From the human T2T-CHM13v2.0 reference genome, Homo sapiens: a stretch of 64,000 bases of DNA. The stretch is from the NCBI RefSeq assembly GCF_009914755.1, contig NC_060927.1. One strand, given 5' to 3'. The notes under the pieces are model-generated. The model worked only from the letters and a program-made list of their open reading frames with translations, had not been told where the DNA came from and searched no databases. The position numbers and the translations under genes were made by a program. Of this stretch, positions 13,951 to 29,608 are shown piece by piece; position 1 is the first letter of the stretch, and every line of letters starts with the position of its first letter.

Positions 13951-15199
13951 AAGCTTAGGTGAGCAACAAGGGGGGATTTTGTATCATCTGAAAGGGCTTC
14001 CTGGTTTCAGACCTCCTTTCTCCTGGTACACCTTGATCTCTCTAACTCTGCCTTCACGGGAGATAGAAGTGGCTTTTCTGTTGCGCTTTGCCGTGCTCTC
14101 TGGAGAGGTCCTGCCCCCTATCTTTCATATTGTACCCTAAAGGGCCCATATTGTCATATGGTAGTTCCACCAGCAGAGTTATCTCTCTTGTGACTTCTTT
14201 TATCTGATGATTAGGACTGATCCCCAGTGAAGCTGTGAAACTTGCTTTCTAGGTCCCTTTGCCAGTCCGGTCAATCGTTGACTAACTTCAGTAGCCTACC
14301 CAAATATGGCCAATGATTCCACCTCCAGAATGCCCCTCTCCTCCTCTCCAAAGCATTAAAACCCTGGCTCCCCCAGGCATCTGATAAATGAATACATACT
14401 CTTGTACTTACGGCTGGTAACAACTCACTAAGTTATGCCTCACAGGAGAATGTGTAGTTTAAAAGAAACATATTAAGCTAGAGAAATAAATCTCTAATGG
14501 TAGAATTTCAACTGCCACTGACAAGCGAATAGAAGTGATATTTTAGGGGCCATGAGCTGCATTTATAGAGCTCTTCTCTGTCTCTGTCAGACCTTATCTT
14601 GAGGATGGAATTCAGTTCAAGGTGCCCCAGATGGAACAAGTGAGATTCTTACCCAGGTCTCTCTGAATCCAAAATCTTATCCCCTGTCTCTATAGCAAGA
14701 TGCTGGGTGAGGTCTCCTGTGATTCCCTGCCCATGGCAAAGGCTAGATGACCCCTCACTAGAGCACAGAAGGAATTCTTGCCTGGACAGGGAAGTGGCTT
14801 CACCCTGTTTGAAAGCTTCACTTGCTCTACTGATGGGAATAATTAAGTGTTGGCCCTGAGAGTCCATTCCCATTCTCCCTGTGACTTCTTTCACCAGAGC
14901 ATACAGTTTCCAACTCCCAAAGCAGCAGCCTTGCCCTCCCGGGGGGGGCACAGGGAGTAGGGGAGGGCTGGTCTCACCCTGGGTCATGGGTGACTTCACC
15001 TCCCCTTCCCCAGCCTCAGGTTTCCTTTTCTTGAGTTTATGATTCATGATTATTTCATTTGGATATCTTAGAAGAATCTTAAAAATGCATAGAATGGAAA
15101 TAATCTACCTCATTACCACCTTCTCCGCAAATTTTTTGTTGGGCTTCTCTAGTTCTGAATGTGATACCATCATGTTCTTGCCTTGAAGCTTGGGTTAAC

Positions 15200-15840
15200 T
15201 TTGATTCCGCCTTCTTCAGCCCCCCAGTCACCAGGACTTGTCTGTTTGTCCTTGAAATACCCAGGGAACCGGTCCTTCCTGGCCACCTCCAATGCCATCC
15301 CTAATTCAGACTCTCTTCATCCCATGCCTAATAGCTCCTTCCCTGGCTTTCTGAACCCTGCAGGTTTCTTTTACTTCAACTCCTCTTTTCACCATGTCTT
15401 TCCTCACTGGAACAGCTGATGGTTTTCATAGCCCTGGTCGAAGATTAGAATCCTCACTCTGTCAGCCACAACTCCCTAGCCTCGCCCAACCCCACTTTTT
15501 TATACTGTTTCCCACCAGCTCTGTCTTCTAAGCAAAGTGATCTTCCTTGGAGCATATTTTCTGCCTTTTCTCATGTGGGTGAGATTTTTCCTTTTCCAAA
15601 TGCCCTTACCTCTCTCATCCTCTCCTCACCTGTCCTCCCCCTGAATCCTTTAAGGCTCAGATCCAAACTCCTTCTTCCACAGAATCCCCATTTAAACTGT
15701 ACTATGATTTATTTTTGTACATCTCATTTGGCACTTTTTGTAGGTTTTCACTAATTGTTAATTTTCACATTTTATCTCCTTGGTTGCAAATTGTCTTTTC
15801 CATAGCACTTGGCACAATGAAGGGTGTTGGTTAGTGACTG
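15200..15840 (+). mobile_element. L2 fragments
   Basis: Pyrimidine-rich L2-like sequence (ccttttccaaatgccctt, tcctttaaggctcag) ending catagcacttggcacaat. Confidence 0.5.
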
Positions 15841-16014
15841 CCTGGTTCTCATTCTTTCTGCGTTCTCACCTTCCTTTCAGTCACAGCCTGTCTTTGCCCC
15901 AGGAATCTGCCCTTGTTAATCCTGGCTATTTTTCAGCCTGTCAGTATCTCTGCCTGTGTTGCCTCAACCAGTGTTCCTTGCACCCCTTTTTCCTATTAAA
16001 TCTCAGCATCTCAG

Positions 16015-16585
16015 AGAAGCAGTGTGGGCCAGTGGGAAGTGCTCAGGCTTTGGGGCTGGGAGGATCTGGGTTTGAATCCCAGCTCTGCTGTGTGGTTTTG
16101 AGCAAGTCACTCTCTGAGGCTTTGGCCTTTTCAACTCTGAAAATGGGGAAACTATTCTTTATCATTAGGTAAAAATACATAATAGGCCCTCAGGAAACAT
16201 TTATCTCCCTCTCCCCTCCATTCTCAATTCCTCCTTCTCCATGCAGCCCTTCCCAAGTACCCCAGGTGATACTCACCTCTGCTCTTACTGAGATCCTGTG
16301 GCATGTACAGTGTCAGAGACATAGGGCTAAGCTTTGTTTATGTCTCTCAACTTAGAGAGCGGATGCCTGAGGTCCAGAGATGTGGAGCGACTTGCCACAG
16401 GCTTCCCCAAGCAGGTAAGTGGCTGAGCCAGGTCCAGCACTCAGTCCTGCGTTTCAGGCAGGTGTCTGTCTCTGTACCCAGCCAACACATGGGCTCCTTC
16501 AGCTTGAGGGCTGTCTCTATCCCCACAGCATCCTGCACAATGTTGAATGAACATGGAGAAGGTGCTTAATAAATACTTGTTGGTC
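16015..16585. mobile_element. MIR (+, ~16015-16200), MIR (-, ~16310-16450) and L2 3' end (+, ~16490-16585)
   Basis: ctgggtttgaatcccagctctgc...ctgaaaatggg; gcctgaggtccagaga...gacttgcc; ggtgcttaataaatacttgttg. Confidence 0.65.
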
Positions 16586-17099
16586 AACTATGTGTGTGAG
16601 TCCTACTTCCCTGGTGGGAGTAAAGATTGTTATGTTCAGCTTTTGTCCCTTTTTGGTATTCATTGCAGGCCTGGTTACAGTACCTGAAGGTTAATTTCAG
16701 ACCTAAGAACCAGGGTTTTTCAGTGGTTCCTGGGGCTGTCCCTACAGTATTCTGCCTAGCTCTGGAGAGAATGATTCTGTGGAGTGTCCATTTGTGAGCG
16801 GCTCCGTGGGGAGAGGCCTGTGTGTGTAGCCTCGATGCTTGCTTATACCACTTTTCCTCCCACTCTGTACTCCTCCAGCCTCCCCTCTTTCCATCTCCAC
16901 CCCCCACCCACTCCCTGCACCATGCCGCTGCTCTCCCTGCTCTAAGAATAAATCATCACTGTTGCATAGCAACGAGTTTGGTTTCCTTTACTCCTCCTTC
17001 TCCTCCTCCTCCCACAAAAGTGCCTCAGTGCTAAATTTAAGGTAGTGTGTCAGGGGATGCTATCACCCCACAAATGCCTCTGAACCCCAGCATTGTTTC

Positions 17100-17750
17100 C
17101 CTATAGCTACTAGCTTTATAAGGACAGAAACTGTGATGGCTTTTTTTTTTCACTTTTCTACCCTCAGCACCTAATACAGTTTCTAGTACTAGGCACATAG
17201 TAGGTGTTCAGTGAAAATCTATTGGATGATTAATGAATGAATCATTTTATTGGAATTCTTGCAGTTAAGAGGTGCTTCTGGGAAGGGGAAATGTTATTGC
17301 AGACTCTGGGATTATCCATAATTCACCTCTCTTGGCTGGGTGCCTCCCCTCCTTTCTTTCCGCAGCCACCAAAAAAGCTGATCTAGCAAGAAAAGGCACA
17401 TATTTCTTCATATCTCACTGTCATGTGGATGGTGGATGTGTTTCCCTCTCTATTTTCTGGAAACTGGTGGTTCAGGCAATCCACATGGTTTATTGAGCCC
17501 AATGGGAAGTACCAGTCTAATGGGGCTTTAGGGTTGGGAACAGATTGCTCTTTTTGATGACAGGAGTATGAGGCTTGTTTTCTGGGGAAGATGGACGTCT
17601 GTGAGCTTTGAAGTCACAAAGTCCTGGATTTGAATCCCAGCTCTGCAACTTGCGAGCTGTGTGGCCCTGGGTGGGTCCCTTAACTTAGTTCATGGGTTGT
17701 AAGAATTGCATGAAGAAAACTACTAATAGAGCCTCACAGAGTGCTAGGAA
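17100..17750 (+). mobile_element. L2 3' end (~17100-17245) and MIR (~17600-17750)
   Basis: ggcacatagtaggtgttcagt...aatgaatgaat; cctggatttgaatcccagctctgc. Confidence 0.65.
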
Positions 17751-17874
17751 ACAAGGGTGCCCAAATAGTGTGTGTTTCTTTTTCCCCTTTAAATGGAGAG
17801 AGAGAAACATACCAGAAAATACCTATTAATGCTAGTGATGGAATGCCATCTATACATAGACAGGCAGGACAAAC

Positions 17875-18077
17875 AAAGGTAAACCAAGTGAAATTTAACA
17901 ATTTTGGTGTCCTAAAAGCTTCCAATAAAGACTAAAAAGGCTCTAATGTATATTTGTTCAATAAATAAGACTGGCGTCAAATTCTGTTTGAAAGTGGGGC
18001 ATATATCCTAAATAAATAAATTTTAAAAAAGCCAGTTTTCATTTTAGAACAGGATAATCTGAACAATTGGAAGCTAT
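17875..18077 (+). repeat. Copy A of an old ~200-bp local direct duplication
   Basis: Aligns by eye at roughly 80% identity to 24352-24744 once the L1 insert in copy B is removed (cctaaaagcttccaat, tatttgttcaa, tttgaaagtggg, gaagctat). Confidence 0.9.
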
Positions 18078-18624
18078 TAGATGGGCAGTAAGGGGGGGAT
18101 CTAAGGAGTGTCTCTTTTGGGGCCAGAGGGAGTGTTCTCCTTGGACCTAACATATGTACCTTTTTTCTTTTTCTGGCCTGAAAAATAAGTGTTGGATTTC
18201 ACAACTGACTCCCTAGCTACCCTATGTTCATCTCCTTCCAAACATTCCCAAATAGCATCCCAAATTGACTCAGTTGTAGCTTCATGGAGTAGGAAGTCCA
18301 GGATCCAGAGGGAGAATGACAAGTCCAGCTGCTCCTCTGAGATCCTGGAACTAGAGGTTGGAGAGGAGGCTGGGAAGGGGCCACTGTTCAGCTAAAAATA
18401 GCAGCATCAGCAACTAAAGAGCAGCCAGAGATCAGAACCTGGGGCAGCCCCAGGCACGCATTCCCAGCAGAGAAGTCTGAGCTTAGCTAAATTTTTCCCT
18501 GCTCCTTAGGAAGGGGTAGTGGGTACTGCCTGATCTTCTGTGTCATCTGTGCATCTGTGCCTGCCCACAGTGGGCAGCTAGCATCTCCCCTTCCAGGTAT
18601 GCACACCACTTCCTTGTCATTGTC

Positions 18625-18865
18625 ACCATCATCCTCGTCCTCCTCCTCTTCCTCATTGTCCTCCTTCTCCTCTTCCTCGTCCTCCTCCTCTTCCTCATCA
18701 TCCTCCTCCTCCTATTCCTCATCCTCCTCCTCTTCCTCGTCTTCCTTCTCCTCCTCTTCCTCATCCTCCTCCTCTTCCTCATCCTCCTCCTCTTCCTCAT
18801 CCTCTTCCTCTTCCTCATCCTCCTCCTCTTCCTCCTTCTGGTTGCCATTTCTCATCCTCCCCTTC
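18625..18865. repeat. (TCC/TCT/TCA)n low-complexity tract with an ~18-bp TCCTCCTCCTCTTCCTCA sub-period
   Basis: Directly visible. It produces the poly-Ser and poly-Arg ORFs. Confidence 0.95.
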
Positions 18866-19451
18866 CCTCTTGTCTCTCTGCAGCATTACCACAGCAGCAT
18901 CCATTTACTAGACTTTCATAAACGAGTCACTTTTTACAGTGTTCTTGGGCCTCTGTCGTCTGGAAGTCTGTAGTTTGAGATGGCACCCTGGACTGAAGGC
19001 TTCCAGGAAAACAATCCAAGCAGCCATTAAATAAACATGAAATAGATGAGATAGAGTGTTCTTACTCTGTAGAAGTTGAGGCCAGTGGTATTTGTGGAGC
19101 CTTCTGGGTGTGTGTTCAAGAAAGCCCAGGAGTTTCCTGCTTGAAAAAGGTGAGGGTGGACTAAGTCAGTGCTTTCCTAGGGACCAGTGTTTGAGGGGAG
19201 GAGCAAGCCCTTCTCTTATGGGCAAGAGGATGCTTCCTGGCTAGAGCTTAAGGCTGGACCTTGGGAAAAGATGCCCAGCAGCTGGAGGTGAGGGATCTGA
19301 GGAGACAGGGTTAAGGCCATGTTCGCATTTGCTCCAGACCTATCCTCCTCCCTTTATCGATCTACTGATCCAGTGACTCCCTCATTCATCTACTCAACAA
19401 ACATTTAAGGAACTCTGCTACGTACCTGTGTGGATGGGAGAGTGTTCTAAA

Positions 19452-19632
19452 TCAGTGAGTTTTCACCCTAGCCACACGTTGGAATTGCCTATGGAACCTG
19501 AAAAACGCTGATGCCCAAGCTTCACCCCAGATCAATGACATTAAAAAGTCTCTGGGTCTGAGATGTAGGAGTGAGTATTGTATCAGAGTTCCCTGAGTGA
19601 TTTCATTGTTCTGTCAGGGTAGACAGCCACTG
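19452..19632. mobile_element. MER5B-like hAT MITE
   Basis: cagtgagttttcacccta...gctgatgcccaagcttcaccccaga...ccctgagtgatttc...gacagccactg. Confidence 0.65.
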
Positions 19633-20349
19633 GTCTCAGTGACATCTGAGGCTTCTTCCTGTGGCAGTGCCACTCACTGCCCCTCTTCTTCTGAGTGACA
19701 TGACCAAAGGTGTGACTTGCAGTCACTGCAGCAGCTGCTACTCTGTGCCCACTTCACATAAACGTCTACTGAGCAGCTAGTATGTGCCCAGCATTAGAGA
19801 GACACAGAGATGAGGCTAACAGTATCCCCAGGAAGTAAATTAATGTAACCACTCCATTTCCTTAAATGTTTATCTGGTGAGCCAGAAGCCAGCTTTTCTG
19901 ATGAATGGGATTTTCTGAGATTTGTCCTGTCTTCTCCCTCTGTGGAAGAAACTGTGACTATATCTGGTACGTTTCAGTTAAATGGAGATGAAGCAGGTGG
20001 TAAAAAAGACACACACAGAAATAGATGGAATGCAGGCAAACAGGGAGGGATGTTGAAGGGACAAAGTGTTCTCTTTAGGCAGGTTTTCAAGGGTGCACCA
20101 TCAAGGTGAAATCATGGAAAGGTAAAAGTAAATAATATGCCTGTTTGAGTGCTTAGATTATCAGCAGGAATTGGGCCCTCATGAGGCATCTGGTTCTGAG
20201 CACAGTGGGCATGACCCTGGCACTCAGAGAGCATACAATCCTCCTTGGCAATTAAAACCAATATCCAAAACACAGAGATCTTAAGCCCTCAGTTGTGTTT
20301 CACTGAAAGTAAGGTTCCTACAGGCTTGGAGAAGGGAGGTAATGGAGAA

Positions 20350-20649
20350 GTGCTCCCTAAAGTGTGGTCCATGGAACTGCTCTGCCAACCATTTGTTGTC
20401 AGTCAGTAATGAGGAGCACAGAAATAGAAAGGAAGCATTTAGAAACTTTATAGCAATTTGCCAGAGTAATTTTATGTCTGTTGAATCTAAAAATTAAAAA
20501 ATTGGAACTTTTGTTTTTAAAATTGTACTTTGCTGGTAATTCATTTTCATTATAGTTTACTAAAGTACTAGTCTATAACAGATTAGAATAAAAGCAGAAA
20601 AAAAAATCAAACTGAGCCTTCACTGCAAATGGCTCGAGGAGAAGCACTG
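20350..20649. mobile_element. hAT-Charlie family non-autonomous DNA transposon
   Basis: Terminal inverted repeats (a)agtgctccc...gagaagcactg; internal tttagaaactttatagcaatttg. Confidence 0.65.
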
Positions 20650-20741
20650 GACTGGAAATTTGAGACATCCTGGCAGGCTAGAGAGGTACTAGAAGGTGGG
20701 GAAAGGGCAGATGTTCTATCGGATGTTAAAAAGGGAGTAAG

Positions 20742-21063
<322 letters not shown>

Positions 21064-21129
21064 GAGGTGGGGGTTAGTAAATCCTGGAAACCTAGAACTT
21101 ATCCATGAGTGAGGCTCTAAAACAACAAA

Positions 21130-21350
21130 TATTTATTGAGTTATTTGTGGATGCTGGAACTATACCATGTGCTTTATATAAATTATTTTATTGTCTCCTT
21201 TTACAAAACTATGTGAGATAATAGCGCTCATCACCATCTTTGTTTTGCGAGGCTTGAAAAGAGCAAGTAAGGTCCCCAGGTTATCACAGCTAGTGAGTGG
21301 TGGGCCTACATTTTAAAGCCAGGTGTGTTGGACTCCAAAGCCTAATGGTT
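21130..21350 (-). mobile_element. MIR
   Basis: atttattgag...ccccaggttatcacagctagtgagtgg...gactccaaagcc. Confidence 0.75.
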
Positions 21351-21679
21351 TATAACTCCCCACCCCATGCAGCCCCTCCAGGTGAGAGGGAGCACAGGCA
21401 ATAGGCTCTGCCCATCCAGACATTCCAGAATACGAATGAGGAGAAGGCCCTGCAGATTCAGATCATGGAGCATCTTCTATAAGCAAGTGCTTATGGAAGA
21501 TACTCTGCCTCCTAGGGAGAGACAGAGTGTGGACTTTTATCTGACAGTTCTTGCTGTCTGTTTGCCTCCGTGTTATTTCAAGAAGTATTTGAGTAGGTGG
21601 ACCTATCCTAGTTTGGGCCTTTTATTAGGTTTTGAATTGTCCTGTCAGTAGCTTGTGTTAGTGGCATCTCCATCCATTA

Positions 21680-21820
21680 GAAAAAAATTATTTTGAAATA
21701 ATTATACCTTCATAGGAAGTTGCAAAGAAACATACATGGAAGTCCTGTGTGCCCTTCATCCAGCATCCCCCACTGTTAACATCTTGCACAACTGTAGTAC
21801 AATATCAGACTAGGAAATAA
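21680..21820 (-). mobile_element. L1M 3'-end fragment
   Basis: ttattttgaaataattata...aggaagttgcaaag...gttaacatcttgcacaactgtagtacaatatc. Confidence 0.65.
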
Positions 21821-23084
21821 TCCACAGACTCATCCATCCAGTTTTTCTCCCATATTCTGAGAATCACATTTTAAAAGAAGCATCACTAGGCCAAAGTGTA
21901 TCTGGAAGAGGGAGAGGGTGGTTGGTCTAGAAGCCAGGTCATATCCAGAAATTCTAAGGGACTGTTGTGAGCTTTTTGCATATAGATGCTGTATGTTATT
22001 TACATGTCCTGTCTTAGCACCTAAAACAGTGTGAGGCACACAGTTGATCCTCAGATGTTTTTTGGATTGAATGTTTGATTCAGAGCGTAAAACCTGTGTA
22101 CACACATAATGGGTGCCTTCCGTGTTGTGGGGCCTTTAGTGAGGAAGAAGGGTGAGATTTGTCTGTCCCCTATTGCTCTAGAATGCAGAGCTGGGATTAA
22201 TGAAAGTGGGAAGGATGGAACAAGAAACATCCCACCCAGATGTATAGAAGGACTTGACCAACAATGGGAACAATGCAGCAGGGATGTAGTCGGCTCCCCT
22301 CTACTGGTTGTGTTTAGTCAGTAGCAGGCCATCAGGGGTTCAGTGGGATGATTAATGCATTTTTTGTTTTTAGTACTAGATCAGATGGCTTTAATGGAAA
22401 TCTCTTTCAGTTTCTTGTTTCTGAGATTCTAAGAACATGTGCTTATGGACAGAAATAGGATAACTGGGAAGGGGCACCAGTTTATGAGAGGAATCTTCAT
22501 GGAGTTTGAGGAAACAGCAAAACTTTCTCATGGAAGATCACCTGTAGATTTTGAAAACACTGTATTTGCTTTTTAAAAGGAAGATCATAGGCAGCCAGGT
22601 ATGAAACCCCTTCTCTTAGTGTTTCTGTGTAACCTGTGGAATTTGCCCAGGGGAACATCTAGAGTTAACCTGGAAATCAGATGCTTTTCTTTCAGGCAGC
22701 ATTTGGCAACATCAAAACATCAGTTCTAGAGAATATTGTGGGTGCTAGAGTCTGACTATAGGTGACATGTTTTTGTCATGTTAATCAATTATTGAAATTA
22801 AGGAGAAGATTATTGCAATTTCTATTCCAGGAAATGAAGCATGCGCTGAGTTAATCAGATTACTTTCAGGTGAAAAAGGAAAAAAAAAATAGGTAAAGGT
22901 TCTTAAATTAGGCCACCTGAGAAGGTTATTATATATTCATATATGATTACCTGGAAGGTATGAATTTAAATGATTTATGTTTTTATTTCATTCTGGCTAG
23001 CAAGGAAGATAGAAACTATTCCTTTCATGTGTTTTAAAAGCTCACAGAAAATCCATCATTTTTTAGTTGGGGAGAAGAGAAAGG

Positions 23085-23950
23085 AACAAAAATGTATTTA
23101 CTGCCTACTATATGCCAATAACTTTATATTATTATTATGTTAATTTTCACAATAATTCTGATGGGTATATTTTATCATTATTATTTTATGACTAAAAAAA
23201 CTGAAACTCAGAGCAGATAAGTGTTCTGGGGCACACATTGAGTGAAAAATAGAGCTGGGACTGAAAGCCAGGTCTGGCAGACTCCAAAGCCAGTGCTCTT
23301 TATGCTGTTTACTATTGGCGGCATGCAACCCTAGCAGAATCCAAACTGACTATGTTCATGAATGGATTTCAGAACTTGTATGTCTCATAACCACAGGTGT
23401 CAGTTCCCTGTCTGTAGCAAAGTCTGCCCAGATGAGTCTACCATTGCTGATGACCTTTTGTAGTAGAGTCAGACTCAGGCATTGAAACCATTGCTACAAG
23501 TAGGAGTCTTGGCACCTACCTATCTCCCTGTACCCCCCAGTGCCTCCACAATGCATGATCTTGAAGGTGAATGCTGTCCTTTCCTTTGACTGTGGCACAG
23601 CTTCCAGCTTGCCTGCTGCCCAGTGTCTAATAATCCTAGCTTAATTTTTTTCCAAGTTTTGGAAGTGGGATCTCATTCTCTTAAGTGGCTTGGAGAGAAG
23701 CCAAGAGACCCCATGGTACAAAGGACAGAGCACATGACAAATATGTTCTATCCATGCTATGGAACTTGCCAGCCATGTCGTTTTAAAGAGTCTCTTAGTT
23801 GTCTGAGTCTCAGTTCTTTCACCAATGAAAAGGGGATAATACTAACCTTCTCTATTTTCATTGTAAGGTGAGTATGAGATTCAGATGCTATTGGTATCTA
23901 GGAAACTCTGAAAATAATAAGGCATTATACAAATGTAAGAGAACCATCTG
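23085..23950. mobile_element. Two MIRs (- ~23085-23310; + ~23700-23950)
   Basis: tttactgcctactatatgcca...aaactgaaactcagag; tctgagtctcagttctttcaccaatgaaaagggg. Confidence 0.7.
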
Positions 23951-24351
23951 TCCTCTGCAAAAGCTTTCCTCCAGAAGAGGTGAAAGCCAATACACACGGC
24001 AGAGTAGGGAAACATCAGCTTTTACTAGCCAGCCGGGTTCCGTTTTGCTAGAAGTAGACTTGGTCTCTGTGGCCTCCTCTTTTCCCTGAATAGCATAGCT
24101 GTGTTTCTTGGCTTGGCTTATTGAAATAATTGCTCCCAATCTTCCCTTTCCAATGAATGCCAAGCTGTTAGACCTGAACTACAGCCACTGGCTGAAGCCT
24201 TCCAAAGATCCTGATTGGGTGGACTGTGTCTTGCTCAGCTTAATTTGCTTGCTGGTTATGTAAATATTAGGGTTGTTAATCTTCATTAGAGGGTGTTAGC
24301 CAAGAAAAATTGTATTTTTATAAACCTGTATATTAACATGGGGAAAAAAGT

Positions 24352-24744
24352 AAAAGTAAACCAAACAAAATTGAACAACTTTGATGCCCTAAAAGCTTCC
24401 AATGAAAACTAAAAAGCCCCTTATGTGTATTTGTTCAACAAATAAGACCATGGCTTCAAATTATTTTTGAAAGTGGGACATAGATACTAAATAAATTAAA
24501 AAGCAAATTTTCTTTTTTTTTCTTAAGGAATGTTCAAGTTTTTTAAATTATTATTATACTTTAAGTTCTAGGGTACATGTGCACAACGTGCAGGTTTGTT
24601 ACATATGTATACATGTGCCATGCTGGTGTGCTGCACCCATTAACTCGTCATTTACATTAGGTATATCTCCTAATGCTATCCCTCCTCCCCACCCCACAAC
24701 AAATTCTCATTTTGAAGAGAATAATCGGGATAATTAGAAGCTAT
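24352..24744 (+). repeat. Copy B of the old ~200-bp duplication, interrupted by a short L1PA
   Basis: Homology to 17875-18077 stops at 24512 and resumes at ~24709. Confidence 0.88.
24513..24701 (-). mobile_element. Very short L1PA (L1PA4-like) 3'-UTR insertion
   Basis: tatactttaagttctagggtacatgtgcacaacgtgcagg...cattaggtatatctcctaatgctatcc. Approximate TSD caaatt(t/c)tc at 24504-24512 and 24700-24708. Confidence 0.92.
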
Positions 24745-24849
24745 CCATTTTGCTGTCATTTATAGATTTGAGTTTGCAAAGCAGTTTTCATGGATTTTTT
24801 ATTTTCCTACATGGACTTTATTCCTTAAATGTAGTTTGTGTTTATATTT

Positions 24850-26030
24850 TCATGTTATAAACTTTTCACTGAAGTATAGCAAGTGTACAGAAGAGTGCAC
24901 AAATTCTAAGTGTACAGCTCCACGGATTTTTACCCAGTGAACACACTTGAGTAATCAGCACACAGATCAATAACATTATGAGCACCCTAGAACATTAGCC
25001 CCTGCAGGGTCCCTTTCTGTTGACTAGCTCCTCCTCTCAAGGGTAATCTCTGTGGCAACTCCCAGCATCATAGATTAGTTTGCCTGTTTTGAAACTTGGT
25101 ATATGTAGAATCCTAAAATACACACTGTTTTGTGTCTGTCCTCTTTTGTTCAATGTTATGTATGTGAGATTAATCCATGTTGTGTATAGCAATTTATTTC
25201 TATATTGTATAAATATGCCACAATTTATCCATCTTACTGTACAAGGTATTTGGGTTGTTTCCAGCTTGGTGCTATTATGAATAAAGCCGCTATGGATACT
25301 CTCGTACATATCTATTGACGAATATATACACCCAGTTTTGTGGAGTATATACCTAAGGGGAAATACCAAGGAATGGGGTATGAGTATGTTTAGCTTTAAT
25401 AAACACTGCCAAAAAGTTTTCCAAAGCAGTTATAATGATTTATATCTTCACCAGCAGATAGAACACTTCCCATTGTTTCATACCTTTGCCAATATTTGGT
25501 ATTATTTGTCTTTTCCATTTTGGCTTTTCTGCTAGGTATGTGGTAGTGTCACATTGTGGGCGTTATGTTTTTGTTTTTTGCATTTCCTTGATGGCTAATG
25601 AAGTCTAGAACATTTTCATATGTTTATTCGCCATTTGGATATCCTCTTTTGTAAGGTGAATCTTCATGTCTTTTGCCTCATCTTTGCTATTGAATTATCT
25701 GCCTTTTTCTTATTGAGTTGTAAGAGTTCTTTATGCATTCTGAATATGAGTCCTTTGTGGAATATATGTATTATGAATATTTTCTTCCAGTCTGTGTCTT
25801 GTCTCTTTACACTCCTTATGATGCATTTTCATGAAATGAACATATGTTATTAACTTTATTGTGGTCCAGTTTATTATTTTTTCTTTTATATTTAGTACTT
25901 TTTGTGTCCTGTTTAAGAAATTTTTGTCTACTGTAAATATTTCCTACTGAAAGCTTTATTGTTTTACTTCTCACATTTGGATCAGTAATTCATTTGGAAA
26001 TGCTTTTAGTGTACGGTGAGAAAGAGAGGT
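24850..26030 (-). mobile_element. Old L1M element, host of the RPL7 pseudogene; resumes at ~29431-29530
   Basis: Antisense L1 3' UTR/ORF2 (taatccatgttgtg, tttgggttgtttccag, catttccttgatggctaatga, gagttgtaagagttcttta). Continuation after the pseudogene: catttattgaaaataccattctttcc...cacctttgtc. Confidence 0.82.
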
Positions 26031-26116
26031 TATTATTACTATTTTGTATTCAATTTGAGAGCAGGTACTGTTTATTAACTGACCAGCTTAGAAAAATAAT
26101 CATGGTAGACACCTTA

Positions 26117-26206
<90 letters not shown>

Positions 26207-26209
26207 TCA

Positions 26210-26421
<212 letters not shown>

Positions 26422-26424
26422 CTA

Positions 26425-27061
<637 letters not shown>

Positions 27062-27207
27062 GTGCTTTGCTTTTTCATAGATAAGCTTCCTCCTTGCCTT
27101 TTGAAGCACCTTTGTGCAAACTTCTTTCTCAGGTGCTTGATCTTCAGCTCTGTGAAATTCCTTCACTTTTTCTTAAAGGTTTCTGGCACAGCAGGAACCT
27201 TCTTCTT

Positions 27208-29608
<2,401 letters not shown>

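Noticed and set aside
18543-18973. Poly-Arg (protamine-like), poly-Ser and acidic reading frames
   Set aside because: By-products of a simple triplet-like repeat. The acidic frame contains a stop, and there is no gene context.
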